A DNA stretch of 61,199 nucleotides, filler included, from 9 parts of 9 records of this genome joined end to end with filler, not necessarily neighbours in it; one strand, 5' to 3'; numbered from the whole stretch's first letter, positions 19,382 through 29,300 are shown. Notes: generated from the sequence alone by a model not told the origin. Made by a program: numbers and translations.

Positions 19382-21464
19382 ATTTCAGTAGCGTCATTTT
19401 TCCACTAAGCACATGATCTTTTGCATCAAGAATATAAATATAGGTTCCGGAGGGTACTGATACCCCGTTCAAATCGGTACCATCCCAGAAAACCTCGTAT
19501 TCCCCGCTTCCATTTACGTTTGCGAATAGGACACGGACAAGTTTTCCCGAGATCGAATAGATATTGATCCGGACAAGTTCACTCATGTCGCTTGATACCT
19601 TGAACTTGATCATTGTGGATGGATTGAAGGGATTTGGATAATTACCAAGCAATTCAAAACTTGTTGCGATATGTCCATCCGTAGCTTCATTGATCTCTTC
19701 AATGTCGGTGTATGGATCATTCTCCGAGAAACTTGTAAAAGGTGTAATAACCCCAAATTGCAAACTAAGTGTAACGATATCTTCCTTGATCTCAACTGCG
19801 GCCGGGCTAGTGCTTGAATATCCATAATATTCGATCAACAAATGTTCGATCTTCTTTTTTGCCCAGATCTTGGGCAGGAACTGGTATTTTTCAACAGTAG
19901 AATCTGCCAGATTAAGGTCGTAGGAATATTCTACCGGCTGACCAAAAGCATCACCACTTAAGTCGATGGTCAGCATTCCGGGGGTAGTATATCTTCCAGC
20001 TACGATCATTTGCTGCCCAATGTAAAGATTCGGCAGAGGAGAGGGATAGGCCTGGGTTGCGATATCGGGTGAAAATGACATCTCAGTATTCAACAGAACG
20101 GGATTTTGGATCTTAAGGTAAAATTCAGTGATCTTTTCTTCCAGCTCGTCATTTCCAAGAAACTCGGATAATCCGTTATGCTCTGTCGCAAGAAGCGTTA
20201 GAAGCTGTTCGTTTGCATACGAACCGATCCCGAAGGTAAAGATCATCATATTCGTTTCGGTGCTTGTTACCAGATCTCGTACATGTGTTAGAATACCGTT
20301 TGTCGAGGTGATGCCGGCAGTGGCTTGTCCGTCCGTAAAGAAAATGATGATATTAGCCGTTGTATCCGAAGCGGCCGAGAACTGTGGAACTGCTTCACTG
20401 AAAGCACCGGAAATATTGGTTGAACCACTAGCTATCAGATTTGAGATATAGTTCAATGCTGCACTTTCATTCGTGGGATTATAATCAATGTGCCCGGTTT
20501 GGAAACTGCTGATATCACCGGAAAAATCAACAATATTAAATTTATCGCCTTCATTCAGATGTTCTATAATAAAACTTGCTGCGTTCCTGGCTTGAACGAT
20601 CTTAGTACCGCTCATACTTCCCGACCGATCGATGATCAGAGTAAAGACCTTATCAATAATTGATGTGGTTTCACTGGGGTCCGGCTCAGCAACAAAAGTG
20701 AAGAATCCTTGCATGGCTGAATCGGGCACTAATGAGTCAACCAAGAAAGTACTTAGACCGAACAAACCCAACTCATCAAGAGCAAGTGAATACTCTACTT
20801 CAAGATCCTGGTCTGCCGGAGTGGAGACTTGTTCTAAAAGGATACTTGCGGTACTTCCGTTATTATTAATTACAGCGCCCGACTGATCGGAAATGCTCAG
20901 TGTATCGATATTTCGTTCGGAGCTCACGTTAAAATTAAAAGACTGGGTATCGATAGCAGTGCTTTGGATCAAGCTGTAATCATTAGGATAGTGATAGGTT
21001 ACGTCACCGAATTCATAGGGAAGGAATTCCACGTAGGTCAATTCAAAGGTTACTAAAGAATCATTTTCCAGAACTTCAGTGATCTTGAAATATAGCGGGG
21101 TATCACCCAGATAATTCGTTAGGCTGATGGCAGGAGAGTCTCCTTCACCGCCGGTCAAGGACGTATCTTGGGGTGAAGAGGAAAAACTCGCCGTGTGCCA
21201 TTCACCATGTATAAACCATCGTAAAGAGATCGCAGAGGCTTGTTCAGCCAGTGGAAAAGCATATTTAAAATTGGTACTGCCGCCCACATGGTTGACAAAG
21301 GTTTGCATTGTTGTAGTTACGGCGACCTGGTTCTCTACGTTCACAGTTACATGCGAAGTGACAAGATCAAGGTATTGAGGAGTAACACCGTTCACAACGG
21401 CAACTCCATTGGCATAAGCAATAGAGATCACAGCAAGGATGAGTAAACAGGATCTTTTCAACAT
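19380..21464 (-). CDS. Secreted VIT + VWA protein (inter-alpha-trypsin inhibitor-like) with a FlgD-Ig/T9SS-type C-terminal domain
   Basis: Signal peptide, VIT-like N-terminus, MIDAS DRSGSM with FFTDG, ITPFTSF, and C-terminal NYPNPFNPST...WDGTD...SGTY...KMTLLK. Confidence 0.85.
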   Translation of the reverse strand: MLKRSCLLILAVISIAYANGVAVVNGVTPQYLDLVTSHVTVNVENQVAVTTTMQTFVNHVGGSTNFKYAFPLAEQASAISLRWFIHGEWHTASFSSSPQDTSLTGGEGDSPAISLTNYLGDTPLYFKITEVLENDSLVTFELTYVEFLPYEFGDVTYHYPNDYSLIQSTAIDTQSFNFNVSSERNIDTLSISDQSGAVINNNGSTASILLEQVSTPADQDLEVEYSLALDELGLFGLSTFLVDSLVPDSAMQGFFTFVAEPDPSETTSIIDKVFTLIIDRSGSMSGTKIVQARNAASFIIEHLNEGDKFNIVDFSGDISSFQTGHIDYNPTNESAALNYISNLIASGSTNISGAFSEAVPQFSAASDTTANIIIFFTDGQATAGITSTNGILTHVRDLVTSTETNMMIFTFGIGSYANEQLLTLLATEHNGLSEFLGNDELEEKITEFYLKIQNPVLLNTEMSFSPDIATQAYPSPLPNLYIGQQMIVAGRYTTPGMLTIDLSGDAFGQPVEYSYDLNLADSTVEKYQFLPKIWAKKKIEHLLIEYYGYSSTSPAAVEIKEDIVTLSLQFGVITPFTSFSENDPYTDIEEINEATDGHIATSFELLGNYPNPFNPSTMIKFKVSSDMSELVRINIYSISGKLVRVLFANVNGSGEYEVFWDGTDLNGVSVPSGTYIYILDAKDHVLSGKMTLLK

Positions 21465-21669
21465 GGCAGCACCTCAAATAATTAATTAACAGACACAACT
21501 TTCAAGTAAAAACTTTCCCGGCCTGTGTATGCTTAATGAATGTTAATAAATATTACAAATTGTAAATATAAAATCAAAACGATTATTAAAATATATTTGT
21601 CGGATGTATTATTGTAAGAGAAATGGTTTTCTCAATGACAACAAATATGTGAACACTGCGGTTCTCTTT

Positions 21670-22521
21670 CTATTTCGACTTTAATGAATAAAAATCTTGT
21701 CGAATGAATGCTTTATGCTGCCTGTGCCGCTTTTTATCAGCTGTTCTGCCAAAGACGGTAATTGACTGAGTTGGACAAAAATTATAACATCTAAAGCATG
21801 CCGTGCAATTGTTATTGAACGAGAATTGATCATTTGGAAATGAAATTGCATGACTCGGACATGAGTCAACACAGAGCATGCAGCGGGTACAGCTTTCCGG
21901 ATCGACACCCAGGTATTTGTAGTTGTTCTTTTCGAGCGTCCCCATGAACACCCGTTGTAATCCCCCGATAAGGCAAGCAATAAAATTATATCTGTTCTTT
22001 AAGGATTTTTTATTCGCTGTGATCATATCACAGGCCTTATCCAGTCTTTTCAGGGTGTGGGTTTTTCTTTTTTCGAACTTATCCGAAGAACAGGGATTAT
22101 AGGTGATCATCGGAACCCCTAGATTGGACACCATTTGAAAATTCTCAGCATATACGAGAGAAAGGTTCAGTTTTCGAAGCTCTTTATTAAGGACCAAGGC
22201 ACCATCACCGCTGAACAGTTCTACAGTCGTCAGAACATAAGCGGGCTTGGTGTTTAGAAATTGGGCAGGGATCTTTTCTGTTATGTTACGGATAAATCGT
22301 TTCATCAATTTTGGTGCGTCCGAACCATAGATGGGGTACGCAAAACCTATCCGGTCAGATCGTTCCCAATTTGAAGCGATCGTCTCCCATTGATCTTCTT
22401 GGATCTGTTCGATAGAATAGGGTTCTATAGAATGTCCAAGTTCATTCATTTTTTGAACAAATTGATCAACCAGCCACCAGGTGTTGCCGGTTCCGCTGAA
22501 ATAAAAAAGTAGACTTTTCAT
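21670..22521 (-). CDS. EFR1-family flavodoxin-ferredoxin protein
   Basis: YFSGTGNT at the N-terminus; CTRCMLCVDSCP and CTACFRCYNFCP. Confidence 0.88.
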   Translation of the reverse strand: MKSLLFYFSGTGNTWWLVDQFVQKMNELGHSIEPYSIEQIQEDQWETIASNWERSDRIGFAYPIYGSDAPKLMKRFIRNITEKIPAQFLNTKPAYVLTTVELFSGDGALVLNKELRKLNLSLVYAENFQMVSNLGVPMITYNPCSSDKFEKRKTHTLKRLDKACDMITANKKSLKNRYNFIACLIGGLQRVFMGTLEKNNYKYLGVDPESCTRCMLCVDSCPSHAISFPNDQFSFNNNCTACFRCYNFCPTQSITVFGRTADKKRHRQHKAFIRQDFYSLKSK

Positions 22522-22601
22522 AGATTCTCGAAATTAATGTTCACCTGAAATTACGGACAATATAAGTAAGGACAAAAGATTTCCTGGAAATAATTTAAAA
22601 T

Positions 22602-22621
22602 GGGAGGCTCTCGGGCCTCCC
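22602..22621 (-). terminator. Hairpin, probable terminator after the ferredoxin gene
   Basis: GGGAGGCTC-tc-GGGCCTCCC inverted repeat. Confidence 0.5.
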
Positions 22622-22671
22622 GTACATTCCATCATTTATTATTTTCTTATCTTACCTGAAAGGTTATAACA

Positions 22672-22854
22672 TCAAGTTTCTTCAGCAAACCTGAATACCC
22701 CGCAACTCTTAGTGCAAATGCCGCAATCGGTACATTTTTCATGGTCAATGATGGGGGCAGAAAAACCATTCTGGGAAATGGCACCAACGGGACAGCGGCT
22801 GATCACAGGACAGATGTGATTTTTGGGACAGTATTCTTCGCGGACTTCGATCAT
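22672..22854 (-). CDS. Small 4Fe-4S ferredoxin-like protein
   Basis: CPKNHICPVISRCPVGAI and CTDCGICTKSC; SD AAGGA. Confidence 0.8.
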   Translation of the reverse strand: MIEVREEYCPKNHICPVISRCPVGAISQNGFSAPIIDHEKCTDCGICTKSCGVFRFAEET

Positions 22855-23016
22855 TTTTTGTATTCCTTGTAAGTTAATGTTACACCACAATTTAGAGCGA
22901 ATAATACAACAGGAAAATTGTATTGCAAAGAAAAAAATGCGATGAGGGGTAAATACATTGTAAGTCCAAAATAAATATACAGTTACAAATTTAGTATCGT
23001 TCGATATTCAAGGAGT

Positions 23017-23073
23017 GGGTTAAAACCCGGTTAATAATAGATTAATTTCCCCGCGCTAAAGCACGGGGCTATT
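23017..23073. repeat. REP-like palindrome pair
   Basis: GGGTTAAAACCC and CCCCGCGC-TAAA-GCACGGGG-CTATT. Confidence 0.55.
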
Positions 23074-23086
23074 CATCACCCTATTT

Positions 23087-23174
23087 CTCCCATACCCTCA
23101 TGCTCCCATACTCCCTTATCCTTACATCTACTTCAATATTCAAAATTTACTTCGAATGTTCGAATGCTCGAATG
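23087..23174. repeat. Two tandem 8-mer arrays at the contig end
   Basis: ctcccata ccctcatg ctcccata ctccctta; ttcgaatg ttcgaatg ctcgaatg. Confidence 0.75.
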
Positions 23175-23274
23175 NNNNNNNNNNNNNNNNNNNNNNNNNN
23201 NNNNNNNNNNNNNNNNNNTTAATTAATTAANNNNNNNNNNNNNNNNNNNNNNNNNNNNNNNNNNNNNNNNNNNN
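23175..23274. other. Artificial contig linker
   Basis: N-run around TTAATTAATTAA. Confidence 0.99.
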
Positions 23275-23475
23275 ATATGACCGACCGAAGGTCTAATGAA
23301 GCGTATTTTCCGGCCTTCTGCTTGCAACGATTAATATGGCATACATCTGTTTTGACAGCCCGTAGCATATTGCGGTGCGCTTCATGCCGCCTAAATTTAA
23401 ATAATGAGTTAAACGATATGTTATTGAATATGCAGGCTGCGGTTATGCTGATTATGATTCCGTCAGGTTCACAAT

Positions 23476-23503
23476 AAAAAAGCGGGGCAAGGCGCCCCGC
23501 TTT
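23476..23503 (-). terminator. Intrinsic terminator after marR
   Basis: AAAAAAGCGGGGC-aaggc-GCCCCGCTTT. Confidence 0.78.
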
Positions 23504-23522
23504 CAATCCTATTTTACATGCT

Positions 23523-24029
23523 TTAAAAAGCCTGGGCCTCTGAAGTGGCCAGGGTTACTTCCGTGGTCACTTCCTCGGTTTTCATGAACTCCAGAAGTTG
23601 TTCAATGCCCTTGGTCATGGATTCCACATCTTCCACGGGAATCTTTCTCAGGTTGCTGGCCAGGACGCTTTGTATGGGCACCGGGGCCGATTCAACCAAA
23701 TGGCGTCCGTGATCCGTTATTTCAATATTGACGACCCGGCGGTCCTTGCTGGCCCGGTTGCGCATGACCAGGTGCTTTGTTTCCAACCGGTCTATAATGC
23801 CGGTAATTGTACCGGGTTTAATGTAAATTCTCCGACCTATCTCCCCGGCCGACAATCCGTTTTCCTTGGCCAGAGTTCTAAGGCAAAGCAACTGACTCGT
23901 GGTGACGTCGAAATTCTTCTGTAAATACTTGGAATATATCGATGACAGATGAGTAATGTTTCTTAGGACGAGGAAAATTCGCTCCATGTATTCCTCAATT
24001 TCATCAACGACAACCTCATTTGTTTGCAT
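23523..24029 (-). CDS. MarR-family transcriptional regulator
   Basis: TTSQLLCL, TITGIIDRLETKHLV, DRRVVNIEITDHG. Confidence 0.9.
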   Translation of the reverse strand: MQTNEVVVDEIEEYMERIFLVLRNITHLSSIYSKYLQKNFDVTTSQLLCLRTLAKENGLSAGEIGRRIYIKPGTITGIIDRLETKHLVMRNRASKDRRVVNIEITDHGRHLVESAPVPIQSVLASNLRKIPVEDVESMTKGIEQLLEFMKTEEVTTEVTLATSEAQAF

Positions 24030-24079
24030 TGTTGCATCCTCCTGACTGAAAGCTTAATACAGCCATTACCGATTTGGTA

Positions 24080-24991
24080 TTATATCACATCCCCGGGGTT
24101 AAAACCTTGGGGAATTTTTGTTTCTATTATTAAAGGCTCGCCGGTGCACGGATGGTCTAAAGCCAGGGACGATGCGTGCAACATCAACCGCGCGCTCCGA
24201 CCGTCGCCGTATTCCCTGTCTCCAATCACCGGCCGGCCGCAGGCGGCCGCATGCAGCCGAATCTGGTGAGTTCTTCCCGTCATGGGCCGGGCCCGGACTA
24301 GCGTCTGTTCCCTGCCCCGGAAAAGCACCTTGAAAATGGTTTCCGCATGTTTGCCCCGCCCGTCCGGCGGGCAAAAATACCCGCCCTTGCGTTTGGCGAT
24401 CGGATTGTTCATGCTCCATTCGTCATCCGGGGGCGTTCCTTTTAATACGGCCAGGTAATTTTTTTCCATCGGTCCTTTTTTAAAGGCATGGCTCAGACCC
24501 CGGTTGGCTTTTTTATTGATCGAAAACACCATTACCCCCGACGTCGGACCGTCCAGCCGATGATGCAAGGCCAGGTATTTATCTTTTCTTAAGCGGCCTA
24601 AAGCTCCGAAGAGGTGGTTGTAACCGTCGTAAGGGGTTTGCTGACAGGGAACCCCGGCTTCTTTATCATAGGCGAGAATATATTCGTCTTCATATATTAT
24701 TCGGTTTTGATCGGCTTCGTAAAAACGAACCGGACCGTATGCGGGCGCCTGAATGGTAACCTTGTCCTGTTTTTGTAAAACTTGAGATTGGCGTCTGCAA
24801 ACCTTGCCGTTCACCCAGACAGCCCCGAAGTCTATCAGGGCCCTGGTCATTCCCCGGGACAGCCCGACGGACAGCGAAGCGAATTTATCCAGCCGTTCGC
24901 CTTCTTGCCCGGATTGAACTTCGAATATCAGGTTTTTACGGGCCAACCGGGCCAGTGTCGCATCTGGAGGGGGAAACTGAAATTCACTCAT
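24080..24991 (-). CDS. RluA/RluD-family pseudouridine synthase with S4 domain
   Basis: ERLDKF, HRLDGPTSG (catalytic Asp), TGRTHQIRLH, LMLHA. Confidence 0.9.
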   Translation of the reverse strand: MSEFQFPPPDATLARLARKNLIFEVQSGQEGERLDKFASLSVGLSRGMTRALIDFGAVWVNGKVCRRQSQVLQKQDKVTIQAPAYGPVRFYEADQNRIIYEDEYILAYDKEAGVPCQQTPYDGYNHLFGALGRLRKDKYLALHHRLDGPTSGVMVFSINKKANRGLSHAFKKGPMEKNYLAVLKGTPPDDEWSMNNPIAKRKGGYFCPPDGRGKHAETIFKVLFRGREQTLVRARPMTGRTHQIRLHAAACGRPVIGDREYGDGRSARLMLHASSLALDHPCTGEPLIIETKIPQGFNPGDVI

Positions 24992-25174
24992 AGCTGATAC
25001 GCGCGGCTCACTCACCGCCCCTATGGTCAAACGTCTTTAATGAAATTGCCGGGCGGAATCCCCCGGCGGGGAACACGCTGCCAATCAAATTGCTTTATTC
25101 GGGTTAAAAGAGCTTTTCCCCGGAAATCAATTTGATACTAAACTAATTATTAAAACAAGCGGGCGCCCGGCCTG

Positions 25175-26179
25175 CTACCATTTCATTACAATGCCGCCCC
25201 AGGTGAAGCCGCCGCCGAAAGAAACCATTAAGACCGTGTCGCCCTTTTTCAGCCGTCCCTCCCGGCTGGTTTCGGCCAGGGCTATCGGTATGGTGGCTGT
25301 ACTGGTATTGCCGTACTTGTCGACATTAACCACGACTTTTTCCCGGGGGATTCCCAACCTCTGGGCCACGGCCTCCATTATTCTAAGGTTGGCCTGGTGG
25401 GGAATCAGCCAGTCCACGTCATCCGGATTCAATCCGGCGTCGGTGAGCACATTCCAGGCCATTTCCTCCATCGCCGGAACCGCGAGTTTAAACACCTTAT
25501 TGCCCTGCATGCTGACCGCCCATAGCTTTTGATCGACCATTTCGTAGGATGGCGGATGCATGGTGCCGCCTCCGACCATGGCCAGGGCTTCCCACTGGCT
25601 GCCGTCCGCTTGCAGGCAGGTGGAAAGGATGCCGTCGCCGTCGGTCGAACCCGTGACCACGGTGGCGCCGGCGCCGTCTCCGAAAAGAACGCATGTCGCC
25701 CGGTCTTCCCAGTCCACAGTCCGGGAAAGCAATTCCGCGCCGACCACAAGGACTTTGAAATCCGGATTCAAGCGTATGAAACTGTCAGCCACGACCATGC
25801 TGTAAAGCCAGCCCGTGCAGCCGGCTTTCAAATCAAAAGCACGCGCGTTTTTTGCTCCCAAATGGCTTTGCAGTAGGCATGCGGTGGAAGGAAGGACCAT
25901 GTCCGGGGTCTGGGTGCCGACAATGATCATATCCAGCTCTTCCGGCGCCAAACCCGACTCATCCAGCGCCTGCCTGCTGGCATCCAGCGCGAAAGTCACG
26001 GTTGATTCGCCGTCCACGGCTATCCGACGCTCTTTAATTCCCGTTCGCTGGGTGATCCATTCATCGGTTGTTTCAACGATTTTTTCAAGGTCGAAGTTGG
26101 TTACAACTTTTTTGGGCAAGCCGGCTCCGGAGCCTATAATCGCTGTCCGAACCCGGCTGTTATTGTCGGTTTTGTTCAT
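25175..26179 (-). CDS. fabH: 3-oxoacyl-ACP synthase III
   Basis: WITQRTGIKERR, AGCTG (Cys), PHQAN (His), GNTS (Asn), FGGGFTWG. Confidence 0.93.
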   Translation of the reverse strand: MNKTDNNSRVRTAIIGSGAGLPKKVVTNFDLEKIVETTDEWITQRTGIKERRIAVDGESTVTFALDASRQALDESGLAPEELDMIIVGTQTPDMVLPSTACLLQSHLGAKNARAFDLKAGCTGWLYSMVVADSFIRLNPDFKVLVVGAELLSRTVDWEDRATCVLFGDGAGATVVTGSTDGDGILSTCLQADGSQWEALAMVGGGTMHPPSYEMVDQKLWAVSMQGNKVFKLAVPAMEEMAWNVLTDAGLNPDDVDWLIPHQANLRIMEAVAQRLGIPREKVVVNVDKYGNTSTATIPIALAETSREGRLKKGDTVLMVSFGGGFTWGGIVMKW

Positions 26180-26208
26180 ATGTTAAATTCCTTGAATCCT
26201 ATTCAGGT

Positions 26209-27528
26209 TCATTCCGCCAAACCGGCTTCAGGTTCTTCCTCATCCAGGCTGTCATTTCCCCGGTTATTATCGTCAAGGCCGAACACCCGACGGGCCATGT
26301 CGAGGTTGAAATCCTTGCGGCCGTGGCGCCCGGCGCCTTTTATAAAGAGTATGGGGTCGTGAAGTAATTTATTGGTTATGGCCCTGGTCATTCTTTCCAG
26401 GGCTTCCACCTGTTCCCTGTCCGCGCTCCCGATTTTTCCCAATGTCTTTTTAAGCTCTGCCTGGCGTATGTTTTCCGCTTTTTCCTTTAAAGAAACGATT
26501 GTCGGAAAAGTGTCCAGCGTTTCAAGCCAGGCCAGAAAACCGATGGTTTCCTCTTCAATTATTCTTTCGGCCCGGACGGCTTCCTCGCCCCTGGCCGCCC
26601 GGTTTTCGTCAACTACGCCCTGGAGGTCGTCAATATCATAAAGATAGACGTTGCTCAAGCGGTTTACATTGGGATCTATATCCCTGGGAACCGCAATATC
26701 CATAAAAAACAGGGGCCTGTGCTTGCGGGGCTTCAATACGGATTTAACCGTGTCCGAGCGAATGACGATGTCCGTCGCCCCGGTCGAAGATATGACAATA
26801 TCAACTTCACTTAATAAGGCGGGAATTTCTTCCAATGATGCGGCCCGGCCGTTCCAGCGCTGGGAAAGGCTAATGGCCCTTTCCAATGTCCTGTTGGCCA
26901 CGATCACTTCCGAGGCGCCGTGATTCAACAGATGTTCCGCGGCCAGTTCCGCCATTTCACCGGCGCCGACCAGAAGTATCTTTTTATCTCGTAGCTCGCC
27001 GAAAATCTTCCTGGCCAGTTCCACGGCTGCATAGCTTATAGACACGGCATGACTGGCGATGCCGGTTTCCGTCCTGACGCGCTTGGCCGTGGTAAAGCTT
27101 TTGTGAATGAGTTTATTCAAAATAGCGCCGGTGGAACTGTTTTCCACGGCCTGGCGATACGACTGTTTTAGCTGACCCAAAATCTGGGGTTCGCCCAGAA
27201 CCATGGAATCCAGGCTGGAAGCCACCCGGAAAATATGCCTGACAGCTTCTTTGTCCTTATGCATATACAGCATGGATTCGAACTGTTCAGGCTTCAGCCC
27301 GTGGCTCATTCCCAGGAAATGCTTTATTTCCCCGGCCGCTTCTTCCGCCGACTCGGCCGTGACCAACACCTCAACCCGGTTGCAGGTGGAAAGATATATC
27401 CGCTCCACAAATGAAGAATGGTTGAGGTCGGCGTACACGTCGGCCGGCTCGCATGAATCCAGGGCGAGTTTTTCTCGAATTTCCACAGGCGCTGTCCTGT
27501 GATTTAGACCGACCAATATAATATTCAT
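26209..27528 (-). CDS. hemA: Glutamyl-tRNA reductase
   Basis: GLNHRTAPVEIRE, LSTCNRVE, SMVLGEPQILGQ, GAGEMA, DIAVPRD. Confidence 0.97.
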   Translation of the reverse strand: MNIILVGLNHRTAPVEIREKLALDSCEPADVYADLNHSSFVERIYLSTCNRVEVLVTAESAEEAAGEIKHFLGMSHGLKPEQFESMLYMHKDKEAVRHIFRVASSLDSMVLGEPQILGQLKQSYRQAVENSSTGAILNKLIHKSFTTAKRVRTETGIASHAVSISYAAVELARKIFGELRDKKILLVGAGEMAELAAEHLLNHGASEVIVANRTLERAISLSQRWNGRAASLEEIPALLSEVDIVISSTGATDIVIRSDTVKSVLKPRKHRPLFFMDIAVPRDIDPNVNRLSNVYLYDIDDLQGVVDENRAARGEEAVRAERIIEEETIGFLAWLETLDTFPTIVSLKEKAENIRQAELKKTLGKIGSADREQVEALERMTRAITNKLLHDPILFIKGAGRHGRKDFNLDMARRVFGLDDNNRGNDSLDEEEPEAGLAE

Positions 27529-28367
27529 TGCAATTGAAAACGCTCCAGGCTTTCAAACGAGTGATAACCCGGCAGAAATATGCTCACACCTATAAAAGTG
27601 AAACAAATAAGAGTAAATCCTATAATGGACATGATTGCCGCCCGCCGTCCCCGCCAGCCGACCGTCAGTCTCTGGTGAAGAAGGCCGGCGTAAACCAGCC
27701 ATATAATCAGGGACCAGACTTCCTTGGGATCCCAACGCCAGTACGTGCCGAAAGCGACCTGGGCCAGGACGGCCCCGGTGATAATGCCCAGCGTCATCAG
27801 GGGAAAACCAATGGTGAGGCAGTAATAATTCATATTATCCAGCACGTTAAGAGACGGAAGCCGGCGGTAAATCGCCCCCGTTCTCTTGGCCTTGATCTGA
27901 TCTTCCTGGAGTAGATATAACAACGCGGCCAGAAAAGCGAGCCCGAAAAAACCATACCCGCCAAAAACAGTTCCCAGGTGAAGCGTTAGCCACCAGCTTT
28001 GATAAATCGGGCTGATGTTAGGGTCGCTTTTAAGCATGAGAATGCCGGCCAGCACAAGAAAAAACGTAAGCGGAGAAGCAAATGCCCCCAATATTGCCAG
28101 ACGGAACTTCCAATTAATCAACAGGTACGCGCCTGCAATGGCCCACCCGAAAAAACACAAGGCTTCCGCCATGTTAACAATCGGAACCTGTCCCAGGTCA
28201 ATCGTGCGGATGAGCAGTGAAACAGATTGCAACGCAAAACCAATTATTATTAAATAGTTGGCCGCCAAAGCCGCGGTCTTGTTTTGCCTTGCGACATGGA
28301 CCACAAAACCGGCCGCGCTTAAAAAATAGATAAACAGGGCTATGCGCAGGAAGATAATACCGGTCAT
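27525..28367 (-). CDS. ccsA: Cytochrome c biogenesis protein CcsA/CcsB (HemX-like)
   Basis: Multi-TM protein with WRWDPKEVWS, GWRGRRAA and a C-terminal His. Confidence 0.9.
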   Translation of the reverse strand: MTGIIFLRIALFIYFLSAAGFVVHVARQNKTAALAANYLIIIGFALQSVSLLIRTIDLGQVPIVNMAEALCFFGWAIAGAYLLINWKFRLAILGAFASPLTFFLVLAGILMLKSDPNISPIYQSWWLTLHLGTVFGGYGFFGLAFLAALLYLLQEDQIKAKRTGAIYRRLPSLNVLDNMNYYCLTIGFPLMTLGIITGAVLAQVAFGTYWRWDPKEVWSLIIWLVYAGLLHQRLTVGWRGRRAAIMSIIGFTLICFTFIGVSIFLPGYHSFESLERFQLQ

Positions 28368-29044
28368 GATTCCGCCTCCGCCTTGGGGTCAAAGCCCAAT
28401 GATTCAAAAGTGTATTCCGGCCCTAAAACTTCAATGAGTATGCTGTCGGCCTTGTCGAAGTCCGACGAAGCCAACGCGTCAAGAAGTCGGGAATCCACCA
28501 ACCGCCTGAACAGCAACCGGTTTTCATTTGACGCCCGTCCTTCGGACAACACTTTATTTCTTACCAGTCCCATGAGTTTTAAAAAGCTTGAATACTCATC
28601 TCCGAATTCTTTTTCAAGCCGTTTTCGGATCGCCGCCGAAAGGGCCGGGCTGCGGCCGTTAGTGGAAATGCTTATGGTCAAATCGCCCCTGGATATTGAT
28701 GCCGGAACTATAAAAGAGCATAAGTCCGGGTCGTCTACAACATTGACCCATACGCCTTTTTTTTCAGCATCCCGGCCTATTTGCGCATTTAAACCACTGT
28801 CGCCCGAAGCGGCATAGGCCAGGGAAACCCCATCCAGGTGCTCCGGTGAATAATCACGGCCCAAGTATTCAATTTCACCGGCGCCGAGCATTTTATCCAG
28901 TTCGGGATCCAGTTCCCGGCTGACCACTTGAACCACGGCGCCGCTTCCAAGAAGCCCCTTGACTTTGCGACAGCCGACTTCCCCGCCTCCGACCACCAGG
29001 CAACGACGTCCTCTAACGTCAACATTTATCGGTACATACCTCAT
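28364..29044 (-). CDS. Precorrin-2 dehydrogenase/sirohydrochlorin ferrochelatase (SirC/CysG N-terminal type)
   Basis: VVGGGEVGCRK, VNVVDDPDLCSFIVPA, ISTNGRSPA. Confidence 0.92.
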   Translation of the reverse strand: MRYVPINVDVRGRRCLVVGGGEVGCRKVKGLLGSGAVVQVVSRELDPELDKMLGAGEIEYLGRDYSPEHLDGVSLAYAASGDSGLNAQIGRDAEKKGVWVNVVDDPDLCSFIVPASISRGDLTISISTNGRSPALSAAIRKRLEKEFGDEYSSFLKLMGLVRNKVLSEGRASNENRLLFRRLVDSRLLDALASSDFDKADSILIEVLGPEYTFESLGFDPKAEAES

Positions 29045-29133
29045 TACTCAAAACCATATCAATGCCCCCCATTATTGGCAACCATTTTTATATTGTCCCG
29101 TCACCCCTCTGAAGCCCATCCATTCCTTCCAGA

Positions 29134-29226
29134 AGACACCCATTTTTCATATAGACACCCAAACTTTACTATTCTTCTTCTATAAGACACCCATAATTCG
29201 TTGCAACCATTTCAATCAGACACCCA
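29134..29226 (+). repeat. Four direct AGACACCCA repeats
   Basis: Copies start at 29134, 29153, 29185 and 29218. Confidence 0.85.
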
Positions 29227-29271
29227 TGATTTGTTTCAAGAAACTTCACTCAAGATATCAAATCAACCAAC

Positions 29272-29300
29272 TTGCCAGGTTCGTGATATACTGGTTTAAT
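29272..29300 (+). promoter_or_regulatory. Sigma70-type promoter for gpmI
   Basis: TTGCCA-17 nt-TTTAAT with a TG extension. Confidence 0.5.

Noticed and set aside
23275..23477. 66-aa and 95-aa ORFs at the start of contig 4
   Set aside because: No motifs, AT-rich intergenic character, and they abut or span the marR terminator.
29134..29226. GACACCCA repeats as a CRISPR array
   Set aside because: The repeat is only 8-9 nt, spacing is irregular and no cas genes are present.
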